DNA from: Flavobacteriales bacterium
Lineage (GTDB): Bacteria > Bacteroidota > Bacteroidia > Palsa-965
DNA length: 64,000 bases
Assembly: GCA_040377305.1 (NCBI GenBank)
Contig: JBEIPA010000011.1
Location: forward strand, 96,001 to 160,000
Direction of reading: 5' to 3'
This document shows, piece after piece, positions 29,194-37,896 of this stretch (position 1 is its first letter; every line of letters starts with the position of its first letter). A program made the position numbers and the translations under genes. The notes below the pieces were generated by a model that saw only the letters and a program-made list of their open reading frames with translations, was not told the origin of the DNA and ran no database searches.

Positions 29194-30351
29194 ATGAAAG
29201 ACGCATCCGCATACGGCTTCGGCACAAAAGCAATTCACGCCGGACAAGAACCTGATCCTACTACCGGTGCAATCATGACACCGATTTACCAAACGTCTAC
29301 GTATGTGCAGGAATCTCCCGGCACAAACAAAGGGTATGGTTATGCACGTGGAAAAAATCCTACGCGTGTTGCACTGGAAAATTGTTTGGCTGCGTTAGAA
29401 GGCGCGCAATACGGATTGTGTTTCTCCAGCGGCATGGGCTCCATGGATGCTGTGTGTAAATTGCTTCGTCCCGGAGATGAAGTAATTACTGGTGACGATT
29501 TATACGGTGGCGCGTATCGCATGTTCACGAAAGTATTTGCGAACTACGGAATCAAGTTTCATTTCATCAACATGACGAACGCGGAGAACATCCGTAAGTA
29601 TGTCAATGCAAATACAAAATTGATTTGGGTGGAAACACCTTCGAATCCAACGATGCAGATTATTGATCTCGCCGCGGTTTCGAAAATCGCGAAGGAAGCA
29701 AAAGCAATTTTCGCAGTCGACAATACATTCGCAACGCCGTACCTGCAGAATCCCATTGCACTGGGTGCTGATATTGTGATGCACTCTGTAACAAAATATC
29801 TTGGTGGTCACTCGGATGTCGTGATGGGCGCGCTGATGATGAATTCAAAAGATCTGTATGATCAATTGTATTTCATTCTCAACAGCTGCGGTGCTAATCC
29901 GGGACCTATGGATTCTTTCCTCGTGCTGCGTGGTGTGAAAACATTGCACGTGCGAATGGATCGTCATTGCGAAAACGGAAAGCAAATTGCTGCATACTTG
30001 AAAACACATCCGCGCATTGATAAAATCTACTGGCCGGGATTTACTGATCATCCGAATCACGACATCGCGAAGAAGCAAATGAAAGATTTCGGTGGCATGA
30101 TTTCATTCTCACTGAAAGGTGCAGATCTGAAAGAAACATTCCGCGTAGCATCTTCATTCAAAGTGTTCTCACTGGCAGAATCATTGGGCGGAGTAGAATC
30201 GTTGATCAATCACCCGGCAACCATGACGCACGCTTCCATTCCGAAAGAAGAGCGCGAGAAATCAGGAGTGGTTGACAACCTTCTTCGTCTCAGCGTGGGA
30301 ATAGAAAATGCAGAAGATTTGCTTGCGGATTTGAAACAAGCTCTCGGCTAA
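29194..30351 (+). CDS. Cystathionine gamma-synthase/lyase (Cys/Met PLP enzyme)
   Basis: PIYQTSTY, ETPSNP, VDNTFATP, HSVTKYLGGHSD, AESLGGVESL. Confidence 0.93.
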   Translation: MKDASAYGFGTKAIHAGQEPDPTTGAIMTPIYQTSTYVQESPGTNKGYGYARGKNPTRVALENCLAALEGAQYGLCFSSGMGSMDAVCKLLRPGDEVITGDDLYGGAYRMFTKVFANYGIKFHFINMTNAENIRKYVNANTKLIWVETPSNPTMQIIDLAAVSKIAKEAKAIFAVDNTFATPYLQNPIALGADIVMHSVTKYLGGHSDVVMGALMMNSKDLYDQLYFILNSCGANPGPMDSFLVLRGVKTLHVRMDRHCENGKQIAAYLKTHPRIDKIYWPGFTDHPNHDIAKKQMKDFGGMISFSLKGADLKETFRVASSFKVFSLAESLGGVESLINHPATMTHASIPKEEREKSGVVDNLLRLSVGIENAEDLLADLKQALG

Positions 30352-30461
30352 TGATTGGATGATCTGATGATAGAATGATAAGATTCAGGCGTTGTAAGAA
30401 CGAATGATCTTTTCAGTATGCTTCAATTCTATCATCCAATAATTTTATCATCCTATCATCA
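30351..30461. repeat. Inverted 8-mer array between convergent genes
   Basis: ATGATTGG/ATGATCTG/ATGATAGA/ATGATAAG mirrored by ..TATCAT units. Confidence 0.7.
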
Positions 30462-30944
30462 TTACCGTGTTTTCACAATCCTGAACGGTGGCACTTTCAT
30501 CGCTATCGGTCTTCCGGCAAGATCCACTAGCTCGACTTTTGTGACCGTAACGTACGCACCGATTTTGTGTTTTTCAATTGCACGAACCGCTTGACCGAAG
30601 TCTCGACGTTCGCTGCACCCACCCCGAATGAGATTGCCATTGAAGTATTCGAAATTGTAACTCTTCACGGCATAGTTCTGCACATTTCCGGCAGCGTCTG
30701 TGAAGACCAGAATTCCTTTGCATTCAGCCGGATAATAGGAACATTCATATTTGTCGTCAGTCACAATTTTAAACGTATGCCGATTGTAGTGCAGACTGTC
30801 ACTTGTCTTTCCTGTGAGCGTATCGAGACGCATGCTGAGATCAGTTCCCCACATGTTCACGAATACAATCTGTGTCGTCGCTTGTGAATTCAGATAACCG
30901 GTAAAGAACAGGAGAAATAAAGCAAGTATTATTTTCGATTTCAT
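30462..30944 (-). CDS. Hypothetical exported protein
   Basis: Signal peptide followed by Gln; 160 aa. Confidence 0.6.
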   Translation of the reverse strand: MKSKIILALFLLFFTGYLNSQATTQIVFVNMWGTDLSMRLDTLTGKTSDSLHYNRHTFKIVTDDKYECSYYPAECKGILVFTDAAGNVQNYAVKSYNFEYFNGNLIRGGCSERRDFGQAVRAIEKHKIGAYVTVTKVELVDLAGRPIAMKVPPFRIVKTR

Positions 30945-31123
30945 ACCTGTTTATACCGGAGTGAAGCAATAGGTAACCGTAAACTCGTGGTTTTATTCTC
31001 CGCCGTCCCCAATAGAGATATGCTCGTCGGGACAGATTTCGCTGACTGCTATTTGTTACATAGTAACACCTAACGACCTCAGCTAATTCATTTAGCACAT
31101 TACCTCATTAGCATGTTAGCACA

Positions 31124-31504
31124 TTACTGATCATTCCACTGTTCTTTCACCCGAATCTTATATCCACCCGCATCTTCACACTTTTGTCTCGCTGCTTCAT
31201 CCGCTTCATCTTGTGTGGCGTAACCGAATGCAACGCCTATGACTTTCGAATCAACGTAGTCTGTTCCGATACAGATGGCCCCGTACCCCTTTTTCGCTGA
31301 GAAGTCCTGCACAACAGGTTGGGTGCCTCCGCTCTTGATGCAATTGGAGTATGCGCATTCACGCGCCGCCATTTCCGAAGAAGCTCCATAACAAAAGCCA
31401 TAATTGCCGGTTTCAGCGCAGAAATACACAGCACTTTGCGCTTTAGAAATCACCGGGAAAAACACGAGTGACAATACGCAGACAATTAACAAGCGATTCA
31501 GCAT
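31124..31504 (-). CDS. DUF4189-like secreted Cys-rich protein
   Basis: Two G....G.....EA...A...C...GG half-repeats; signal peptide. Confidence 0.65.
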   Translation of the reverse strand: MLNRLLIVCVLSLVFFPVISKAQSAVYFCAETGNYGFCYGASSEMAARECAYSNCIKSGGTQPVVQDFSAKKGYGAICIGTDYVDSKVIGVAFGYATQDEADEAARQKCEDAGGYKIRVKEQWNDQ

Positions 31505-31569
31505 GGGGTGGATGATTTTATAAGTTAAAAATAGGAAAATCCCCCATTGCGGAATGTGGAAAAAGAGGT

Positions 31570-32349
31570 TTGTTTTACCCTATAATGCAAACAAAACTGC
31601 ACGTGAATTACTATTTCATCACTGGAACATCGAAAGGAATCGGCAAAGCTATTGTTGATGAAATTTTGCTGCGTGAGCACGTGAAAGTCACTGGCATTGG
31701 CAGAAAGAATTCGCATTCATCGCCCAGGTTTGTGTTTGTTCCACTTGATTTATCCAATACAAAATCTGCTGGCGAATTTGAATTTCCTTCCTGTAGTGAT
31801 GCGAAGAACATTTATCTCATCAACAACGCAGGAGCATTGGGAGAAGTGAAGCATGTTGGCGATTTCTCCAATCAAAACTTCGAAGAAATCATCAACCTGA
31901 ATTTAACCGCGGTTATGATTATCACGAATAAGTTTCTGGCTGCGTTTTCGAAGAAAAATGTTCCTCTTGTGATACTGAATATCAGTTCAGGTGCTGGGAA
32001 AAATGCGATTGATGGATGGAGTGCATACTGTGCATCGAAAGCGGGCCTGGATATGTTTTCTAAGGTTCTCGCTGAGGAACTTGCGATTTCAGGCAAAAAA
32101 CACATTCGCGTTTTCGCTGTTGCACCAGGAGTTGTAGATACTGCAATGCAAGATCAAATCCGGACAAATTCTGTTGAGGATTTTAGTCGCATTCAACAGT
32201 TCAAAGACTACAAATCCACTGGGCAGTTGGCTGATCCCCGCTTGACCGCGCAGAAATTAATAAGTATCTTAGACCTCCCTGAAAAATTCGCTGATACCAT
32301 ATTCTCGGTGAAGGATTTTAGCATGGAAAACGAGCACACCAATCAATAA
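31570..32349 (+). CDS. SDR oxidoreductase (benzil/sepiapterin reductase-like)
   Basis: TGTSKGIG, NNAG, NISSGA, YCASK, PGVVDTAMQ; true start probably slightly downstream. Confidence 0.88.
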   Translation: MFYPIMQTKLHVNYYFITGTSKGIGKAIVDEILLREHVKVTGIGRKNSHSSPRFVFVPLDLSNTKSAGEFEFPSCSDAKNIYLINNAGALGEVKHVGDFSNQNFEEIINLNLTAVMIITNKFLAAFSKKNVPLVILNISSGAGKNAIDGWSAYCASKAGLDMFSKVLAEELAISGKKHIRVFAVAPGVVDTAMQDQIRTNSVEDFSRIQQFKDYKSTGQLADPRLTAQKLISILDLPEKFADTIFSVKDFSMENEHTNQ

Positions 32350-32363
32350 CAACATCCGCAAAA

Positions 32364-34493
32364 ATGAAACGGACATTCACAATTCTTGCCAGCGTAGCAT
32401 TCCTTTTAGGAACTGCGCAAATGACCATGGCACAATCAACAGCACCTGCAGGATATCTTCCTTGCGGCACCGATCAGGCAATGGAAGCAGCTTACAATCG
32501 CTATCCTGGCATGCGCGAAGAAATGGAAGAGAATCGCCGCAGAGCTGAAGAACAAGATCGCGCTGCATACCTTATGGGTTACCCGCACACAAACAGCACG
32601 GAGCGTAGCGGAAATCAAAGCACGCAGTCGCCTCCAACGTACACACTCGCGGTGGTATTCCACATTGTACATGATTACGGCTCAGAAAATATTTCTGATG
32701 CACAGATTTATGACGCAATGCGCATTCTCAACGAGGATTACCGCAAGCTCAACGCGGATACAAGCATCATCGTTTCTCCGTTTCAGACCATAGCTGATGA
32801 TACAGAAATCGAATTCCGTCTTGCACAAAAAGATCCGCAAGGAAATTGCACGAATGGAATTGATCGTGTATCGTCAACTGAAACTTACATCGGCGACGAC
32901 GGATCGAAACTGAATCCCTGGGATCGTTCCAAATACGTGAACATTTGGGTTGTGAAACAAATTTCAAGCGGCGCTGCGGGTTATTCACTCGGCGTTAGCA
33001 ATTTCAATCCTGCTGCAATTGATGGTGTCATTATCCTTTCTCAGTACGTTGGAAGTATTGGAACTGGAAGTCCACAATTGTCGCGTGCTTTGACTCACGA
33101 AATTGGTCACCACCTGAACCTTGATCACACTTGGGGAAACACCAATAACCCTGGTGTTGCTTGCGGTAATGACGGTGTAACTGACACTCCTGTTACAAAA
33201 GGATGGACGACTTGTAACCTCACAACCAATGATGTTTGCACAGCTGGTATCGATGAGAACGTTCAGAACTTCATGGACTATTCGTACTGCTCACGTATGT
33301 ACACATCAGGACAAGGCTCGCGTATGCGTACTTGTCTTACAAGCAGCACTGCGGCTCGAAGCACACTTGTGACTGCTGCAACAGCAATAGCAACTGGTAT
33401 TAATGCTCCACAGACTTGCGCACCAATTGCTGACTTCGGTCCTCCTGATGTGCAATATGTCTGTCAGGGTAGTTCTATCACATTCACAGATAACTCATTC
33501 AATGCACAACCAACTGGTTACAACTGGACTTTCCAGGGAGGAACCCCAAGCACTGCAACGAACGATACAACTCCTACAGTTCAATACAACACGCCGGGAA
33601 CATACAGCGTGAGTCTTACCGCTTCCAACACGCAGGGTAGCGATGCGTTCTCACGTACGAACTATGTTGTGGTTGTTCCGACAACAGCTGCATACCAATC
33701 AAGTTGGTTTGAAGGTGTTGAGAACACGGCTACTTTCAATGCCGATTGGGATATTATTAATCCGCAAGGAAATGGTTGGGTAAGCTCAACTACTGCTGCT
33801 GCAACAGGATCACGTAGCGTACGCTATGACAACACAGGTGCTGCTGCTGGCACAACAGATGAACTGATCGGGCCGACTGTAAATCTTTCTGCGATGACGG
33901 TACCAGGAATCACGTTCAAGGTTGCATTCGCGCAGCGTCAAACTTCGGATGTTGACCGCCTTCGCGTTTATGTTTCTACTGATTGCGGAAGAACATGGGT
34001 TCAGCGTTATTCCAAAGCAGGCACTCTTCTTTCGACTCATGCACCAGTAGGTTCAGGAAATTATGTTCCAGCTGCGGGTGACTGGAGAACAGAAACAGTA
34101 ACGTTCACAGCTGCACAAATGTCTTCAACCAACGCACGCCTGAAATTTGTATTTGAAAGCGATGGCGGTAACGACATTTTCCTTGACGACATCAACATTC
34201 TTGGTGGAGTAGGAGTGAATGAATTCAACACTACGGTGAATACATTCGATGTGTATCCGAATCCGGCACAAGACAACACCATGATTGAATTCAATCTCGA
34301 AGACAATTCAAACGTGAACATCGAGATGATGGACATGAGCGGAAAAGTGGTGCAGAATATCTATACGGGTTCACTTGCAACAGGTAACCACCGCATTCCG
34401 GTTAGCACAGGAGAACTCAGCGCAGGAATTTACCTCGTGCGCCTGATGACTGGAGAAGGAAACTATCTGACTCGCAAGCTGATTGTGGAGTAG
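32364..34493 (+). CDS. M43 (pappalysin/ulilysin-like) zinc metalloprotease with PKD domain and T9SS CTD
   Basis: Propeptide CG, HEIGHHLNLDH zinc motif, NFMDYS Met-turn, PKD YNTPGTYSVSLT, VYPNP CTD. Confidence 0.92.
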   Translation: MKRTFTILASVAFLLGTAQMTMAQSTAPAGYLPCGTDQAMEAAYNRYPGMREEMEENRRRAEEQDRAAYLMGYPHTNSTERSGNQSTQSPPTYTLAVVFHIVHDYGSENISDAQIYDAMRILNEDYRKLNADTSIIVSPFQTIADDTEIEFRLAQKDPQGNCTNGIDRVSSTETYIGDDGSKLNPWDRSKYVNIWVVKQISSGAAGYSLGVSNFNPAAIDGVIILSQYVGSIGTGSPQLSRALTHEIGHHLNLDHTWGNTNNPGVACGNDGVTDTPVTKGWTTCNLTTNDVCTAGIDENVQNFMDYSYCSRMYTSGQGSRMRTCLTSSTAARSTLVTAATAIATGINAPQTCAPIADFGPPDVQYVCQGSSITFTDNSFNAQPTGYNWTFQGGTPSTATNDTTPTVQYNTPGTYSVSLTASNTQGSDAFSRTNYVVVVPTTAAYQSSWFEGVENTATFNADWDIINPQGNGWVSSTTAAATGSRSVRYDNTGAAAGTTDELIGPTVNLSAMTVPGITFKVAFAQRQTSDVDRLRVYVSTDCGRTWVQRYSKAGTLLSTHAPVGSGNYVPAAGDWRTETVTFTAAQMSSTNARLKFVFESDGGNDIFLDDINILGGVGVNEFNTTVNTFDVYPNPAQDNTMIEFNLEDNSNVNIEMMDMSGKVVQNIYTGSLATGNHRIPVSTGELSAGIYLVRLMTGEGNYLTRKLIVE

Positions 34494-34546
34494 ATTGGAT
34501 TAGGAGATTGGAGACGGGTATATAAAGTCGTCTCGAAAAGCAAATA

Positions 34547-34580
34547 GAAAAAGGCGATTCAGTTTTGAATCGCCTTTTTC
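34547..34580. terminator. Bidirectional intrinsic terminator
   Basis: AAAAAGGCGATTCA-GTTT-TGAATCGCCTTTTT between convergent genes. Confidence 0.75.
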
Positions 34581-34647
34581 GTTGAGTTATTTTTCGTCAG
34601 ATGAATTGCTGGATACTGTTCAACAACTCCCGTCTGCGATCTCCGAT

Positions 34648-35091
34648 CTATTTGCTCTTAAAGCCAACAAGCACAGAAACACAACCACTCATCTCACCAT
34701 CATCACTGTCATTCGTTCCTGCGAAAACTTCAACACGCATTTCAGTAGTTGTCTTCACTTTGAAATCCCAGAAGTCAGTGTTGTCGTTGTTCTTGCTGTC
34801 GAAGAGAACTTTGCCGGTCATGTCGCTTACAACAAACGTAACGTTCTCTAATGTTTCTTCCGAACAAATTAGAATGCGATAATCTTGTCCGGAATAGAAC
34901 GTCATTACCGATTCAGTTTTCTGTCCTTCTTTCAGCAACGACATATTGGTTTGACCGTTGTGAATGAATGGACTTACTTTCGGCACACACTTTTTGCGCA
35001 CCCAGGTTTTGCTGCATTGCGATACTACATCTGTAGAGACAGCGATGCAGAAAATAGCTGATAGGATTACAGCCTTAGTAGAAAGTTTCAT
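34648..35091 (-). CDS. Hypothetical exported protein
   Basis: Signal peptide, QC start, four Cys, beta-rich pattern. Confidence 0.7.
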   Translation of the reverse strand: MKLSTKAVILSAIFCIAVSTDVVSQCSKTWVRKKCVPKVSPFIHNGQTNMSLLKEGQKTESVMTFYSGQDYRILICSEETLENVTFVVSDMTGKVLFDSKNNDNTDFWDFKVKTTTEMRVEVFAGTNDSDDGEMSGCVSVLVGFKSK

Positions 35092-35181
35092 AAGAGTTAG
35101 GTTCCGTGAGCCAGTAGTTTCCTTAGGGGGATAAAGACGAATACTGTGCCAGATTTTGTACGAAAACAGTTAGGAATTGTT

Positions 35182-36075
35182 TCAGCTACCTGACGTGATG
35201 CTGTTGCGGATTTCCGTAATTTTATCGAGTATCTGCTTGAATTCCAAAGAGTTGAGGCTACGCGGCTCTACTGGATTTTCTGCTTCAATAACACTTATGC
35301 CCGAATTTGGATCTTTCGTCTCCTTCAGCGCTCCGTCTTGTGATTTCGGGAGTTTGTCGAAGATAACTTTGAGTTCCTTGAGTTGAATTGAAACTGCTGT
35401 AACGTCATTATGTTCTTGTTTGTCGAGAAGAACAATAAGTTTGTCCAACGAAGGACGCTGTTCGACAATACGCACCCGGATTTCATTGCTGTTCGTGCTT
35501 TCCGCAACGCGACAGGCGAGGTATAAACCTTCAATCCAGCCACCCGCAATCATTAAAGCCGACGCGTGTGTCTGCTCATTATCCTGCAACATGGCATCGC
35601 AATCCCAATACGAATCGGTAATGATGCTCAAAACAGAATCGCGGTTGTTGATGTTGTTTTCCAAACGTGTTTTGCGTTCGTCGCTGAATGAAGCAGACAC
35701 GTGTAATCCGTCTGCAAGCTTGCGCGTGCAATCCATGTACGTAACCGTCTCTGCGTGCTGATTGAAAATTCCAGCGAATGCAAGATCACTTCCATAAACA
35801 CCCATGTTCAATGCCATGGCTGCAGTAGTTGTGTATAGCGATGTGTTTTTCGGATCGTTTAGCAATCCCGCATCGTATTGTGCCCCGGCTTGTTTCAGCA
35901 ATTCCGCAGTTTGAATAGGCGAAGGAATGTAGATGAAAACGTTCTCAGCAGAAACGACTTCGTTATTGATATCAATTACCGCAGAGTCATCACCAGTTGT
36001 TTCAGCGTTGTTCTGTCCGCAGGAAGCTGCAAAACAAATAACACCGGAGATCAAAACGAAATGCTGAATTTTCAT
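35182..36075 (-). CDS. Hypothetical helical lipoprotein
   Basis: Lipobox AASC; IPSP, ALNMGVYGSDL, GGWIEGLY motifs. Confidence 0.75.
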   Translation of the reverse strand: MKIQHFVLISGVICFAASCGQNNAETTGDDSAVIDINNEVVSAENVFIYIPSPIQTAELLKQAGAQYDAGLLNDPKNTSLYTTTAAMALNMGVYGSDLAFAGIFNQHAETVTYMDCTRKLADGLHVSASFSDERKTRLENNINNRDSVLSIITDSYWDCDAMLQDNEQTHASALMIAGGWIEGLYLACRVAESTNSNEIRVRIVEQRPSLDKLIVLLDKQEHNDVTAVSIQLKELKVIFDKLPKSQDGALKETKDPNSGISVIEAENPVEPRSLNSLEFKQILDKITEIRNSITSGS

Positions 36076-36164
36076 ATGAGCAAAGATATTAATTCAACGA
36101 AGCGTTCACCTACAGAGTTTCGTTGTGTAAATGGAAATTGCGAACAATATGAGCAATATAAGCT

Positions 36165-37868
36165 CTATTCCACAATTAGCTTTCCTGTTTGCGTTATTTC
36201 ATTGGAAGTGGAAATCTTATAGAAATAAATGCCGGACGAAGTTCCGGGCAAATCGATTCTGAAAGACGAACTTGTTATACCTGATCTAAAAATCACATGA
36301 CCTAACATGTCATTGATTTCGATCGTTAGTCCTGTAGGATCAATATTATTTAACTCCACATAAAACATTCCCGATGAAGGATTTGGAAATAGTGTAATTA
36401 GGTTTACATTTTGTTCATGCGGATTTATTCCAGCCACAATTGTACCTGTATTATCCAGTTTGAGAATAAACATATCGTAAGTTGCAGTACTCGCATCTGC
36501 ATTGGTCAATGTATTCGAACAAAATGTGACTGTCGTGCTATTAAAAAGTCCAACCCAGTAGCTGTTTCCGAATGAATCTATCGCGACGCCGTCAACAACG
36601 TCTCCACTGGATGAACCACCTGATTTGGCCCACAATACATTTCCAGAGCTGTTGTATTTGGTGAAAAACATCTCTAACTGCGAGGTAGTATTCGTCAGCG
36701 TCACAAAACCAAAAGTGATGCTCGTGCCGGTGAAAGTTCCTGCCAGATAAATATTGCCCGATATATCTACAGCCAATGAATTTCCCTGTTGAGTTGACCA
36801 TCCACCTGCTCGCTGAGCCCAACTGACATTTCCGCCAGAATCAAATTTGGCTAGGAACAGATTGGTGCCGCCGCTATTGTTGAGCGTGTAACTATCAAAT
36901 GTTATAGTCAGTCCGGAAAAATATCCGGTGATATAACTGTTCCCAGAAATATCTACAGCGACAGAATATGATATAGCGGTGTTTGTTCCAATAGCGCTCT
37001 TTGCCCAAACAGGGTTTCCGTAATCATCAAACTTCATAAGGAAAATGGCCCACAACATTCCAGTCGTGTCAAAACTAGCCAGGAAGTTACCGCCGAAATT
37101 TATGGTGTCCTGAAAAGAGCCGGTTACGCAAACACCACCCGTGGGATCTGCAGCAACATCGTAGGATTCATCATTGCCTGGACCGTTTCCAATCTTTGCC
37201 CAAAGTGCAGTACCGGCGGAATTATACTTGACGAGGAACGGATCAAACGAAGTACCCGAACTATTAACTGTCACAGATCCAAACGTGCAGGTAAGGCTGC
37301 CTGTTTTTCCTGTAACGTAACAACTGCCCGAACTATCGACTGCGAGCGACATGCACTGGTCACTGTAGTTTCCGCCAGCACTTTGTGCCCAGATTACAGA
37401 GCCTCCTGAATTGAATTTAACAACAAACATATCAGTTCCACCGCTGTTCGTTAAGAGCGTTGCTCCAATCAGAAGATTGTTCGTGAAATAATTTCCCGTT
37501 ACATAACAATTACCGGATGCATCTGTGGCAACAGCTACACCATCTTCTGAAGATATCCCTCCAATGCGGGTCGCCCAGAGTACAGTTCCCGCAGAGTTAT
37601 ATTTTACCAGGTACATGTCTCCGCTTAATCCGGAATTATCGGCATTAGTTAAGGTGACTGCGCCGAAGGTAATGGTTGGACTAAAAAATGTGCCCGTCAC
37701 AAATACATTTCCGGAAGCGTCTGTGGTGACACAGTCTCCGCGGTCGTATTCAACACCCCCTGCGCGATGTGACCAGGAGCAGTTAGGCGTTTGTGCATGC
37801 AGATGCGCCACCACCAGCAAAAGAAATGCAAACATGAATCTATGGAATGGAAACGTCATTGGTTTCAT
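36165..37868 (-). CDS. SBBP-type beta-propeller protein with T9SS CTD
   Basis: About seven D.SGN.YVTG.F...D.FL.KY.S.G...WA repeats; LFPNPSSG...GIYFY...GKLIVE. Confidence 0.88.
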   Translation of the reverse strand: MKPMTFPFHRFMFAFLLLVVAHLHAQTPNCSWSHRAGGVEYDRGDCVTTDASGNVFVTGTFFSPTITFGAVTLTNADNSGLSGDMYLVKYNSAGTVLWATRIGGISSEDGVAVATDASGNCYVTGNYFTNNLLIGATLLTNSGGTDMFVVKFNSGGSVIWAQSAGGNYSDQCMSLAVDSSGSCYVTGKTGSLTCTFGSVTVNSSGTSFDPFLVKYNSAGTALWAKIGNGPGNDESYDVAADPTGGVCVTGSFQDTINFGGNFLASFDTTGMLWAIFLMKFDDYGNPVWAKSAIGTNTAISYSVAVDISGNSYITGYFSGLTITFDSYTLNNSGGTNLFLAKFDSGGNVSWAQRAGGWSTQQGNSLAVDISGNIYLAGTFTGTSITFGFVTLTNTTSQLEMFFTKYNSSGNVLWAKSGGSSSGDVVDGVAIDSFGNSYWVGLFNSTTVTFCSNTLTNADASTATYDMFILKLDNTGTIVAGINPHEQNVNLITLFPNPSSGMFYVELNNIDPTGLTIEINDMLGHVIFRSGITSSSFRIDLPGTSSGIYFYKISTSNEITQTGKLIVE

Positions 37869-37896
37869 TTTTAAAGCTTTGTTATATGCATTTAAG

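Noticed and set aside
35136-35151. sigma54 promoter upstream of 35091
   Set aside because: TGGCAC is present on the minus strand, but the -12 position reads GT rather than GC.
36165-37868. Horizontally acquired island
   Set aside because: Codon usage looks slightly different by eye, but I cannot quantify it and there are no mobility signatures.
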